Source: Epithemia pelagica | Taxonomy: Eukaryota > Protista > Bacillariophyta | DNA: 64,000 bases | Reading direction: 5' to 3' | Assembly: GCA_946965045.2 (NCBI GenBank) | Contig: OX337238.1 | Coordinates: forward strand, 2,418,001 to 2,482,000 | Shown here: positions 23,601 through 32,645 of the stretch, piece after piece | How positions within the stretch are numbered: the stretch's first letter is position 1 | Layout: the number at the start of each line of letters is the position of its first letter | Notes under the pieces: model-generated | The model's input: only the letters and a program-made list of their open reading frames with translations | Database searches by the model: none | What the model was told of the DNA's origin: nothing | Translations under genes and position numbers: made by a program

Positions 23601-26160
23601 AAAATACCCAATGTTTTGCGGGCATGATGCGGTTCAACTCTCTCAATTGTCACTCGCCGACCCGAGGGAGACCGAATGGAAATAGCCCCTGGGGCTTGGG
23701 CCGTAGAGAGCAGTAGCCAGTCTCGTCCAGACCAAGAGTAGTCTACGAGGTACCAATGGCATTTGCTTGGCACCAGGGCCCCTCCTGAGGCGCGAAGGGA
23801 TTCTTCCCAAAAATTTATACTCGATTGGAGCCGGGCAATCACTGACTGCGGGGACGCCGAGGGAGCCGGGTCATTGGCAACTAGATCTGTGTCGTCCACG
23901 AAGGCATACCCCACAAAGAAAAAATCCGACGTAGGGCTCCGAACGAAAATTCCATATCCCCGCTGGCGCATCGAGTTAAAAATGGGAGTACTAACCACTG
24001 CCCAAATGGCAGGGCCAGCTCCATTGCCTTGTCCAATTCCATGGGCCGGAAGATCGCCATCCGAGGCCGAGAAAGAAATAACCGAATCTCCATACGTGGT
24101 TCGAATGTAGTGGCGAAGTTGTTGTATAGGTCGGAGAGAAGCTTCCACAAAAGGCGTAGGAACTCCGCAGCGTTGCATGGCCAATCCGGCGGCGCCATGG
24201 ACGATCCTGTCGTAGCAGGATTTCGCGTCGTTGGAGCAGAGTGCGATCGGCTGACGAGATTGGCGGGCGATATCGTAGGTTAAGACCTTGTTTAGGGCTT
24301 GGTACACCACACTATGGGCTTTGCGGCTCCCGTACTGCTCAGGCGCCAAGAGATGATTGGCTTCGGCATACCGCATCATGGCACGCCCCATAAGCTTATT
24401 GTTATGGTTGAAGTCAGCTTCGTATAGGAGTATGGTACGAAGCTTGGTCACCTTGCATACGCCTGGTTTTTTCTCAAGCATGACGTTAAGCCCTTTTTTC
24501 CAACGATGAGGGACGTAACCCGTGAGAGCGGGAACATGGGCCATTGCTGCATCGACCGAGGCGAGTATCGGGTCCAAACTATTCGCAATGAAATGGCCGA
24601 AGTGAAGCCCCGATGGACCGGATGAGGTAAATTCGTCCATCCGTTGCCAGGATCGGGAAAAGGCGGGCGTACGGAAATCACAATCAAACGCGTTGGGGGC
24701 CACTAGAACCGAGGGACGTTTATGGGCCGAGAGGTAGAGGGCGGCCGCGTCAGAAACAAGGTCGTCGACCACGGCGGTAACACCGGAGCGGAGAATGTGT
24801 TGAGCTTCGAAGGAGCACCCCGTGGGACCAAGGATTTCAACTAACGGCCTTGTCAAGAGGTCAGTGCCAGTAGCCTGGCGAAATCTGCGAGAGTTTGCGG
24901 CCAAACAGCCCTCCTCCATGCCCTGGCGATCAGAATGGGACGACCAGGCCCCGGTCCATTCACCGTCTTCCCAAGTCCCGGGCCCCGACGGAACCTCCAC
25001 TTGGGCCAAACCGCCACGATGGGACGAGCGAAAAACCGACCGAAGGAGAGCAGCATCCGTTCGTTGACGTTCGCGGCGAAGCATATTCTGCAAACCCGTG
25101 GCGGCGGATTCCGCACCAGCTTCTGCTCACGCCATCGCCAGGTTCGAAAGGAAAGACCGACGCGATTCTGGAGCGCGTTTTTTCTCCCGCTTGTAGTTCT
25201 CCCAACTTTCCTGGCGGTGCCGAAGGATAACATCGAGGGGCATAGCCTGTGGTAGGAGGACCCCAGCTTTAGACGCCAACCGTTTCAGATACGACGAACT
25301 AACGTGGCGCCCAATGGACCGGGTATAGAAACGATCCCAAAACCGATGGAGGGCCAAGGCCCGAGCCAAAGCGGGCGTCCAAGGGACCTTCCCCGTCCGA
25401 AGCTTGCGACAGTTAGACTCAGCATGGCGAATTCCAGCGAGACGGAGACAGTCCAAAGCTTCCCATTCCTGAGCCAACTCGGGCATTAACGGAGCAGACG
25501 CCGTCGCGGGGCACAAAACCGCTGTTTCGAGGGCAAAGACCCGAGGGACTAGCTGGTTGGTGTCGTAATGTGTTTTCAACGAAGCCTGGTATTTCTTGAC
25601 CACACGAGGGTCCCGACATTGTAGTTTCCGAGCCGTGGTGGGTTGTTGAACACGGGCCCCTGATCCAAAAACAGCATAGGTAGAAAGATCCACCCACAAT
25701 GGACGATGATCACCGGGGGCACATCCAAAGGGGAGATACCCAGACGCAGACCCCGTCAGAACGGAGGATCCAAAGACGCAATCAATCGGTCGAGACCCTC
25801 GGTTGTGGGTCGCCGGGCAGTGGCTCGGTCGTGACGGTCCAAGTGAAGGTCAACTAAAGACAGCCCTGTCAGCGATTCGGCAATCGGGTTCAGTGGTGTC
25901 CAGAGCAGCGGCTCCTTGGCATCCATGGTAAGGAAGATCTGATCCCCTGCGTCATAAGCCTGTTGCAAATCCTGCCGAAGGTCCATCAGGAAGGCCTGGC
26001 GGGGATCCTCAGTCCTCGGTGGGTGAGCAGCTGAGAAAAAGGCAAGGTGTTGATTCCACACGGAACCCAGATCTCGCGGGTTACAGACTGGGCGGTACGC
26101 ACTGTAAATCCACACATGGGAGCGGTTGTGGCCCCGAAGCCGGATCCACGTCCAGCGGCC
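20654..26160 (-). mobile_element. 5'-truncated non-LTR retrotransposon (APE-RT-RNase H-CCHC; Ambal-like diatom LINE), degenerate
   Basis: 17-bp TSD AATTGCT(T/C)CCCAAACAA at 20637-20653 and 26161-26177, and a (TTA)n 3' tail. Domains: APE C-terminal half (SAYRPV, GDHRPLWVD), RT (LRTILLYEADFN, DAKSCYDRI, GQGNGAGP, FVDDTD), RNase H (VSDGS, RSELVG, TDSQ, HIRGH), zinc knuckle CPRC..ETAAHVFSC. The clade name is assigned from domain architecture only. Confidence 0.9.
20874..26160 (-). pseudogene. LINE ORF2 polyprotein broken by two in-frame stops and at least three frameshifts
   Basis: In-frame TGA at 25127-25129 and TAG at 23244-23246. Frameshifts near 23510 (DKSAF vs DKVRVRHL), near 25725 and near 25810. 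Confidence 0.85.
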
Positions 26161-26270
26161 AATTGCTCCCCAAACAAACCAATGACATGGATGGAGCGAA
26201 CGACAAAGACCAAGAGAAGAAGAAGAAACAAAAGAAGGACTCCAAACGTCAAAAAACCAAGGAACCCTAG
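26161..26270 (+). pseudogene. Orphaned 3' coding tail of the oxidoreductase gene, displaced by the LINE
   Basis: Encodes LLPKQTNDMDGANDKDQEKKKKQKKDSKRQKTKEP*, matching the uninterrupted paralog end LLPKQTID..KKKDSKRQKTKEP* at 42985. Confidence 0.9.
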
Positions 26271-26340
26271 TGGCCATTTGGAGTTGTGTCACCAACAAGC
26301 ATGACAGCTGGATTTAAAGCAACTGCAAGACGAAAGGAAA

Positions 26341-26552
26341 TGTTGAAACACAATCCCTACCAAGTGCCGTACAAGCAACAAAAGGATCGATAACTTCTTA
26401 TTGTTGATAGAATGAGCACTTGGTGCTCTCGTTACTGCTAGATCCTCTATGACCCTTTTTCTTGCGCGTCACCACCTGCCACGCACCTTCTTCGTTCATT
26501 TTTGTCTGTCCATTGTCCGCAGTCGCGGATCCAATGTTAGCTACCTCCAACA
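26341..26552 (-). repeat. 3' LTR (212 bp)
   Basis: Same sequence as 32434-32645; preceded on the minus strand by a purine tract. Confidence 0.97.
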
Positions 26553-29500
26553 CACTCCTTTGCGATGAGTGATATTTGTCACTTTTTGGAATATTGAGGA
26601 TAGCATCACGGAACTTGTAGAACAAGTGACCTTGCAATGGCTTCGTATGGAAATCAGCCAACATATCTTCTGTTGGACAATGCTCCACACGCAACTCCTT
26701 TTTGGCGATTCGATCTTTCACATAAAAGTAGCGTACGTTGATGTGTTTCGTCCTTTTACTGCTCGATGCTCTTCCATTCTTCTCTAACTGCACTGCGCTT
26801 AAGTTATCTTGGTACAGCACAACATCTTTTGGTTGGTACCCTTGGTGAATCAGGAAATTCCGACACCACAACAGATTTGGCAGTCCGTCATGAACCCCGA
26901 TTAATTTGCTCTCTGTTGAGCTTCTCGACACCAGTTTCTCTTTGCTTGACATGTTCATGGCACCACCTTTTCCAAGTGTCATAACGGCCCCTGTATGTCC
27001 TCGCATATCCGGATGTACTGCATATGATGCATCAATCCACCATTGTACTCGTCCGCTTCCATCACATTCCAGACGTAATAACAGATCCTTGGTGGCCTGC
27101 AAATATTTCATTACTCGACTCAACTTTCTCCAGTCATCCAAATCAGGACTGGCAACCCTTGTACTCAGGAACCCAATTGCCACGCGGATATCCGGTCGTC
27201 CACGGTGAGCAAGGTACATCAACTGCATTACTAGGCTGTGGAAGTACTCACTCTTTTCTTTGTTCATTTTTGGGGCATGATCGTTTACCGCAAAGAGGTG
27301 TTGTGCAGCAGGGGTTGCTGCTTTTCCTTTGAACTGTTTTGGCATGTCGTCCAAGGCATTCTGGATATAGCTCCTCATATCCACAATAAGGACTCCAGGC
27401 TCTGAATAGTCCAAATACATCCCCAGGTAATCGTGTCTCTTTCCTTCTGAGATTGACACTTCACCAAGCTGACCAAATGTCCTTTTGATATCGTCGACAA
27501 TCCCACTCACAACTTGTTCTTCCTTGTGTGATATTTTCAGGTCGTCTATATGCCACGTGATCGTGCATTGTGACCCATTGATAACCTTATTTGCCACACA
27601 ACTGTCATATGGGTTAATTTCAAACCCCCACTCCTTGATTTGTTCCGACAGTCGTTCCCAAAACAACCTGGCCGCCCGGAGTGTCCCATATAATGCACGC
27701 AACAACTCCACATATATCACCGGCTCGCCGTGTTCATATACAACAAACTGCTTATAGCTCGGGTCTATCTCAATCAACAGGGTTGCCATCAGTCCCGTGA
27801 TCCTCATGTGGACTCCCTTGTCCATTGCCACTTGCATAAACGCCCCTGGAATGTCTACCACCGTTACACACCGTCCTTCCATAGCATCAATGATTGCTGT
27901 AATGAACACTGCGTCAGTGCTAACTGTCGGTGATGTTGCATCTTCTTTTGCAATGTAGTTTCTTTGCTTTCTGCCGTCGGCACATCCTCTGCCTTTTATT
28001 TTGCCAGTTCGTTTCCGCTTTAAGAACATTAAGTATCCTAAAGCCTCTCTTATTTGTTCCTTTGTCAACTTGCTTTTCTGTATTGCTTTTATTACTTCTC
28101 TTTCATGGAGTTGTACCACCTCTGTTTTCACTGCCGACACTCCTGCGTCTCCGAACATTCGAACTCCTTGCTTCATGCTCATTTTAGGGGTCGACAAATC
28201 TTGCACGGTAGTGCTACCAACATATATGTCTCCATGATATCGGTATGCATAGTTTCGTTCTCGATTGGTTCGCAAATTGTATTGATGCCGTGTTGGATTA
28301 ACTCGCGATGCATCATCACCACTCGGCCCTGCACTTGGACTGTTGGTTGGGTTTTGAGTGGCACTCGGAGCTCTGCTTGGATTCCCACTTGGATCTTCAG
28401 TCATTTCCTCATTACTTATCCCTTGAACTGCATTCTCAACCTCATCAAGCTCATTCAGGGCATTGTCGGCAACAGCCTGTTCTACAAACTGTTCAGCTAT
28501 CTCTTGTTCATGCTCGGATGCATGTTCCAACACATCCTCCGATTGGGTTGCCTCGGCTGGTGTACTCATGTTCCCTCCAGCCAAGTTATCCTCCATGTGC
28601 GCATCCTCTACTTCCACACTCTCATTGATTGAATTTTCCTCGTCAGCTCCAGGATTTGGTGCCTCATTTCCATTGTTCTCCTCGATCAAGGGACCTTCTA
28701 GATCAATCAGATCATTATCCGCTTCTTCTTCGATTCCATCCATCACTCCTCCATCCTGACCACCGCTTCCACTTTCATCATCAGCGATAATATCCTCCTC
28801 CACTGGGTCACCATCATCCACATCAACATCGGCAAGCTCTTCAGCAATAAAATCATCATCGTATCGTAGTACTTCATCGTATTCCTCATGCACTACGTAA
28901 TCTTCGTCTTCCTCCTCATTGTAGTTAAGATCCTCGAAGTCAATCATGGTGACTCTGTTGTCACGATTCCCAAAGGCAAGTTCTGGGTATTGATCTTGTG
29001 AGGAGGTCAAAGCTGCTACCCTCTTTTCTATTCCCTCTGGCATGGGCACAATTGTTGCTCTTGATCGATTTAGTACCCGTCCAGTAACAAGGCTCATAAA
29101 GTAGTAGCCCCCTTGTTTGTTCCCTGTTGGTCGCAGAGCAATCGCTCCGACTGTGCGTGCTTGCATTGTGTTGTTGTGGGGCTCATGCACTTGTACATAT
29201 TGGCCAAATTCGTATTGACAATGCTTGTTGAAGTCAATGTCCTCTCCGGTCACAAGCACTCTTGGGCTTGATCGTTCTGAGATCCCGTTCTTAGCCGGGA
29301 ATGAATTTAACCAGTACACAGCGAATTTCCCCAATTCCATCACCATGATCCGTGGTACAAATTTGAATGGCAGTGTATTATATACACATCGCATTCTCTC
29401 TTTGATTGTTCGTATGTATCGCTCGATGTCTCCCACGTGCTCTTCTCTTGATGTGGGATTAAGCTTCATTCCAAGGAGTCCTAGGGCGTTCTTAATTTCT

Positions 29501-30279
29501 GTTGTATCAAAAGCCCCATCAGCTAGGATGATCTTTGGTCGTAGCCCTCCTCGGCGGTATGTACTGACCACTTTCTTGACAGATTGAATGATCTCGCTGT
29601 CTTGTGTACTAGAGATGACGTCGATTGTTCCAAATTTGATATTTCGTGATACGGTAACCAAGAAACCCACGCCGTTGACATGCATTACGTCCATTCCCAA
29701 TGTTACATCACGGTACTCTGCCGGGATTGCACACTCCTTAGTTTCATCCGTGTGTACCTTATTTGGCCTTGACCTCACGGTCTTTCCTTTTAACGAACCG
29801 ATGTCAGGTCCGAAGATCTTCTCTGCAATTTGCACGTCCTTGCTTGTGTATGGGCAGTTGGTGATTAACTTTTGATCGAGGATAGCCATCAATTCGCGTG
29901 TGGTTGGCCGACCTATCTTAGCTTGTAGTGCTCGCACTGCTTCAGCTCGTTTCACATCATGTTTCGAATAACTGACTTTATTCTCCTTAACTGTACTAAC
30001 TAAGACAGAGCCGTTGGTAGTCGTTGTAGTTGCCCAGTTAGTGTAGTACAGTCCTTGTGGGCTGGGGCGAAATATATCTGCAGTTTCCCCTGTCAGTTTG
30101 CCAGTCACAATAAATTCGTCTTGTGTCACGCTGTTGAACTTGATGTCATGTGCTTCTTTCACTTGATGTAGAGATAAAATGTTAACCCAACCGCCGGGAT
30201 CATACCAAACGGTGCCATAGTTTTTGACTTTGGCCTGTAGGTTGGTTTGTCTTGTTCCACAAAGGCCTCGAAAAGTCAT
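26398..30279 (-). CDS. pol: Copia Pol (C-terminal protease half, integrase, reverse transcriptase, RNase H)
   Basis: IN: HVNGVGFLVT, ILADGAFD, EHVGDIERYIRTIKER. RT: KGRGCADG, VDIPGAFMQ, LYGTLRAA, WHIDDL. RNase H: WIDASYA, YQDN, TKHINVRY. The frame is open up to the A8 run at 30313-30320. Confidence 0.95.
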   Translation of the reverse strand: MTFRGLCGTRQTNLQAKVKNYGTVWYDPGGWVNILSLHQVKEAHDIKFNSVTQDEFIVTGKLTGETADIFRPSPQGLYYTNWATTTTTNGSVLVSTVKENKVSYSKHDVKRAEAVRALQAKIGRPTTRELMAILDQKLITNCPYTSKDVQIAEKIFGPDIGSLKGKTVRSRPNKVHTDETKECAIPAEYRDVTLGMDVMHVNGVGFLVTVSRNIKFGTIDVISSTQDSEIIQSVKKVVSTYRRGGLRPKIILADGAFDTTEIKNALGLLGMKLNPTSREEHVGDIERYIRTIKERMRCVYNTLPFKFVPRIMVMELGKFAVYWLNSFPAKNGISERSSPRVLVTGEDIDFNKHCQYEFGQYVQVHEPHNNTMQARTVGAIALRPTGNKQGGYYFMSLVTGRVLNRSRATIVPMPEGIEKRVAALTSSQDQYPELAFGNRDNRVTMIDFEDLNYNEEEDEDYVVHEEYDEVLRYDDDFIAEELADVDVDDGDPVEEDIIADDESGSGGQDGGVMDGIEEEADNDLIDLEGPLIEENNGNEAPNPGADEENSINESVEVEDAHMEDNLAGGNMSTPAEATQSEDVLEHASEHEQEIAEQFVEQAVADNALNELDEVENAVQGISNEEMTEDPSGNPSRAPSATQNPTNSPSAGPSGDDASRVNPTRHQYNLRTNRERNYAYRYHGDIYVGSTTVQDLSTPKMSMKQGVRMFGDAGVSAVKTEVVQLHEREVIKAIQKSKLTKEQIREALGYLMFLKRKRTGKIKGRGCADGRKQRNYIAKEDATSPTVSTDAVFITAIIDAMEGRCVTVVDIPGAFMQVAMDKGVHMRITGLMATLLIEIDPSYKQFVVYEHGEPVIYVELLRALYGTLRAARLFWERLSEQIKEWGFEINPYDSCVANKVINGSQCTITWHIDDLKISHKEEQVVSGIVDDIKRTFGQLGEVSISEGKRHDYLGMYLDYSEPGVLIVDMRSYIQNALDDMPKQFKGKAATPAAQHLFAVNDHAPKMNKEKSEYFHSLVMQLMYLAHRGRPDIRVAIGFLSTRVASPDLDDWRKLSRVMKYLQATKDLLLRLECDGSGRVQWWIDASYAVHPDMRGHTGAVMTLGKGGAMNMSSKEKLVSRSSTESKLIGVHDGLPNLLWCRNFLIHQGYQPKDVVLYQDNLSAVQLEKNGRASSSKRTKHINVRYFYVKDRIAKKELRVEHCPTEDMLADFHTKPLQGHLFYKFRDAILNIPKSDKYHSSQRSVLEVANIGSATADNGQTKMNEEGAWQVVTRKKKGHRGSSSNESTKCSFYQQ
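26553..26561 (-). other. Polypurine tract (AAAGGAGTG) abutting the 3' LTR
   Basis: Purine-rich run immediately 5' of the 3' LTR on the element strand; short. Confidence 0.55.
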
Positions 30280-30308
30280 GCTTGTTGCCGCCTTTCTTAT
30301 ATTACTGA

Positions 30309-31577
30309 TTAATTTTTTTTACTGAAGATGCTCACCGTTGCTTGATTGTCCAGCAACACCCAATCAGGAGGTATATTATCCTGTGACAAAGTGGGAACAG
30401 CAAACACAAGTGAGTTACGCTCAAGTGCAGTGGCAGCAATACCAATTGTGGTCGAACCTTCTGTGACACCGGTGTCAGTTGCTCCGTTGTTTCCTGATGC
30501 ATTTCCACTTCCGTTTGCATTGTCATTGGAACTTCCAGTCATGAAGGCCACTCCGGTTCCATTGTTTTGTCCTTGGTTCTGGTTGTTGTTGTTATTATTG
30601 TTCTGTTGGCTATCACGACGAACCATTCGTGCATCAATGATTACACGGGCATTTGCCAATGTTGTTGGGTATATCGTGTTCCCATCCAAGAAGCTGTTGT
30701 GGAGATGAGCCTCATACTCCTTCACCCCACAAGCCCTGATGAATCTATTTGCGATCATCCTTTCTTCTGCCTCTTCCATGTCGGCATCTTCAGCAGTTGT
30801 TCGCTCATTTTTCTTGGCTATTTCATTCACGTAGGTTGGGTCACATAACACCACTCCCAACTCCCTCATGATCTTTACCTTTGCAGTGAAGGCTTCATAG
30901 AAGGCCTGGATCGACTGGCCAGGATGGCGCTTCATGGTGTAGAAGTCTGCCCTCACTTTATCCATGGCCATCCCAGTGTAGACTCTATCACTATCGTAGG
31001 TGAAGGTGATACTCTTGATCAACTTGAGTAGTTCGATTCCATCACGACTTGTTTGAATGCTTTCGAACGACGCGTGTGCCTTGAGCTTGTCTTTCAGTAC
31101 GGGTGTTGACTGGCCGAGCAAGAGACTGTACAGCGACGACTTGAAACTGGCAATTGCAACTTCTTGCTCTTGTATCTGCTTGAACTCCATTTTCCACTGC
31201 TCGACGGCTAGCATTGTCATGGTGCTTTCGTCTTCAGGGATTTCTGGTCTTTCCGGTGGAGGAATTTCTAGATTCTCTACTCCACGTTGAAAAATCATGT
31301 TATACTTCGGGAACTTGGTTCCCACGTATCCGACAAGTAGCTCAATGTTCTTCAGATACTTCTTTGATTGTGCGTCATGGGCATAATCAAATATGCATTC
31401 CTTGAGCAGCGGCTCTTGCCCTTCAAACTTTGGTTGATTTTGGCGCTGTCCTCGACCTTGGTTCGATCGTCCGCGTCCTCCTCGTCCTCCACGACCTTGG
31501 TTACCACGTCCTTGGGACTGGTTCGAAGATGATGTCGCTTGATCAGGCCTTGGGCCATCTGTTTGATTGCTGGACAT
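30309..31577 (-). CDS. gag: Copia Gag plus N-terminal half of the aspartic protease
   Basis: Basic RG-rich N-terminus, helical capsid-like core (LLGQSTPVLKDKL, DGIELLKLIK), protease active-site motif WVLLDNQATVSIF at the very end. Confidence 0.9.
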   Translation of the reverse strand: MSSNQTDGPRPDQATSSSNQSQGRGNQGRGGRGGRGRSNQGRGQRQNQPKFEGQEPLLKECIFDYAHDAQSKKYLKNIELLVGYVGTKFPKYNMIFQRGVENLEIPPPERPEIPEDESTMTMLAVEQWKMEFKQIQEQEVAIASFKSSLYSLLLGQSTPVLKDKLKAHASFESIQTSRDGIELLKLIKSITFTYDSDRVYTGMAMDKVRADFYTMKRHPGQSIQAFYEAFTAKVKIMRELGVVLCDPTYVNEIAKKNERTTAEDADMEEAEERMIANRFIRACGVKEYEAHLHNSFLDGNTIYPTTLANARVIIDARMVRRDSQQNNNNNNNQNQGQNNGTGVAFMTGSSNDNANGSGNASGNNGATDTGVTEGSTTIGIAATALERNSLVFAVPTLSQDNIPPDWVLLDNQATVSIFSKKN

Positions 31578-31585
31578 CTTGGTGG

Positions 31586-32386
31586 TTACTCAATGAGGTG
31601 GACGTTTTGTCGTTGTCTTCGTATTTCTTCGTGGTGGTTGGTTCTTGGATTCCACACCTCTATGTGTATGTACACTTCAGTAATTCGTGTGACTCGCCCT
31701 TCCTGATTGTGTAACAAACCGATATGGTCTGCGAGACGTATTCTGTTCCGGATTCCGACTCGACTTCCTACTGCAAGTTGTCCTGCTGCTACTTGTCGTA
31801 CTGGCACTACACGTAGACGACGTGCAACTGGTTGGGCTTGAGGAAGGTTTTGTTCTCTCGGATTTTCCCGAGGATTGTCAGGAATTGATTCTTGAACTTC
31901 TTCGTGTCCCTGTTCCTCAGCGATGACTCCAATTGGCTGAGCCTCCGCTAGGATTTCTGGGTCTTGTTGAACCTGGATAACTGGTTCCACTTCGTCACGA
32001 TGGACTACTACTACCTGCGGTTCTTCGGGCTGTTCCTCTTCTTGGATTTCCAGATTTTCTTGCACCTCTGCTTGATGTCGTACTTGTTCCGCTTGCTCTG
32101 CTTCACGGTAGAGATCGCGTTGGGCAACTTCCTGGTTGTGGCGGATGTCTTGTACAGTTTGTCGGTACTGCTGGCACTCTTCCGCGCGACGCTGCTGGTA
32201 CTGCTATTGCAACTGAGCCTTGTCGGCCCAGTATTGACGATCGATGTCACGAAGTCGGGTTTGATGACCTCGTTCTTGTTGGTTGAGTTCGCGATTCTGC
32301 TCAATCTTCAAGTGGGCAATTGCACGGATGAGACGGGTCACTGGAGTATTAACAGGCGGTCCAAAGGGAATCTCAGCTCCGGACAT
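31586..32386 (-). CDS. Extra ORF upstream of gag (ORF0, ~266 codons) with one in-frame TAG at codon 61
   Basis: ATG at 32386 (MSGAEIPFGPP). ORFs 32204..32446 and 31586..32065 share a frame, with only TAG 32206-32204 between them. Q/E/R coiled-coil, acidic linker, small beta-rich C-terminal domain. Confidence 0.65.
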
Positions 32387-32419
32387 GAACGCAACAGTCA
32401 ATCGTAAGATATAAAGATT

Positions 32420-32433
32420 TTCTATCAACAATA
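32420..32433 (-). promoter_or_regulatory. Primer-binding-site position: TATTGTTGATAGAA, complementary to the element's own LTR (candidate self-priming PBS)
   Basis: Abuts the 5' LTR, lacks the TGG of a tRNA-type PBS, and is a perfect inverted match to 32492-32505. Confidence 0.7.
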
Positions 32434-32645
32434 TGTTGAAACACAATCCCTACCAAGTGCCGTACAAGCAACAAAAGGATCGATAACTTCTTATTGTTGA
32501 TAGAATGAGCACTTGGTGCTCTCGTTACTGCTAGATCCTCTATGACCCTTTTTCTTGCGCGTCACCACCTGCCACGCACCTTCTTCGTTCATTTTTGTCT
32601 GTCCATTGTCCGCAGTCGCGGATCCAATGTTAGCTACCTCCAACA
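32434..32645 (-). repeat. 5' LTR (212 bp)
   Basis: Same sequence as 26341-26552; contains an Inr-like TCATTCT around 32506 and a GAGCAC-CAA-GTGCTC hairpin just upstream of it. Confidence 0.97.

Larger units (their letters stand above)
26341..32645 (-). mobile_element. Full-length Ty1/copia LTR retrotransposon (diatom CoDi-like), very recent insertion
   Basis: 212-bp LTRs identical by eye with TGTTG..CAACA termini, and a 5-bp TSD GGAAA (26336-26340 and 32646-32650). Domain order PR-IN-RT-RNaseH is copia-type. Confidence 0.97.
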
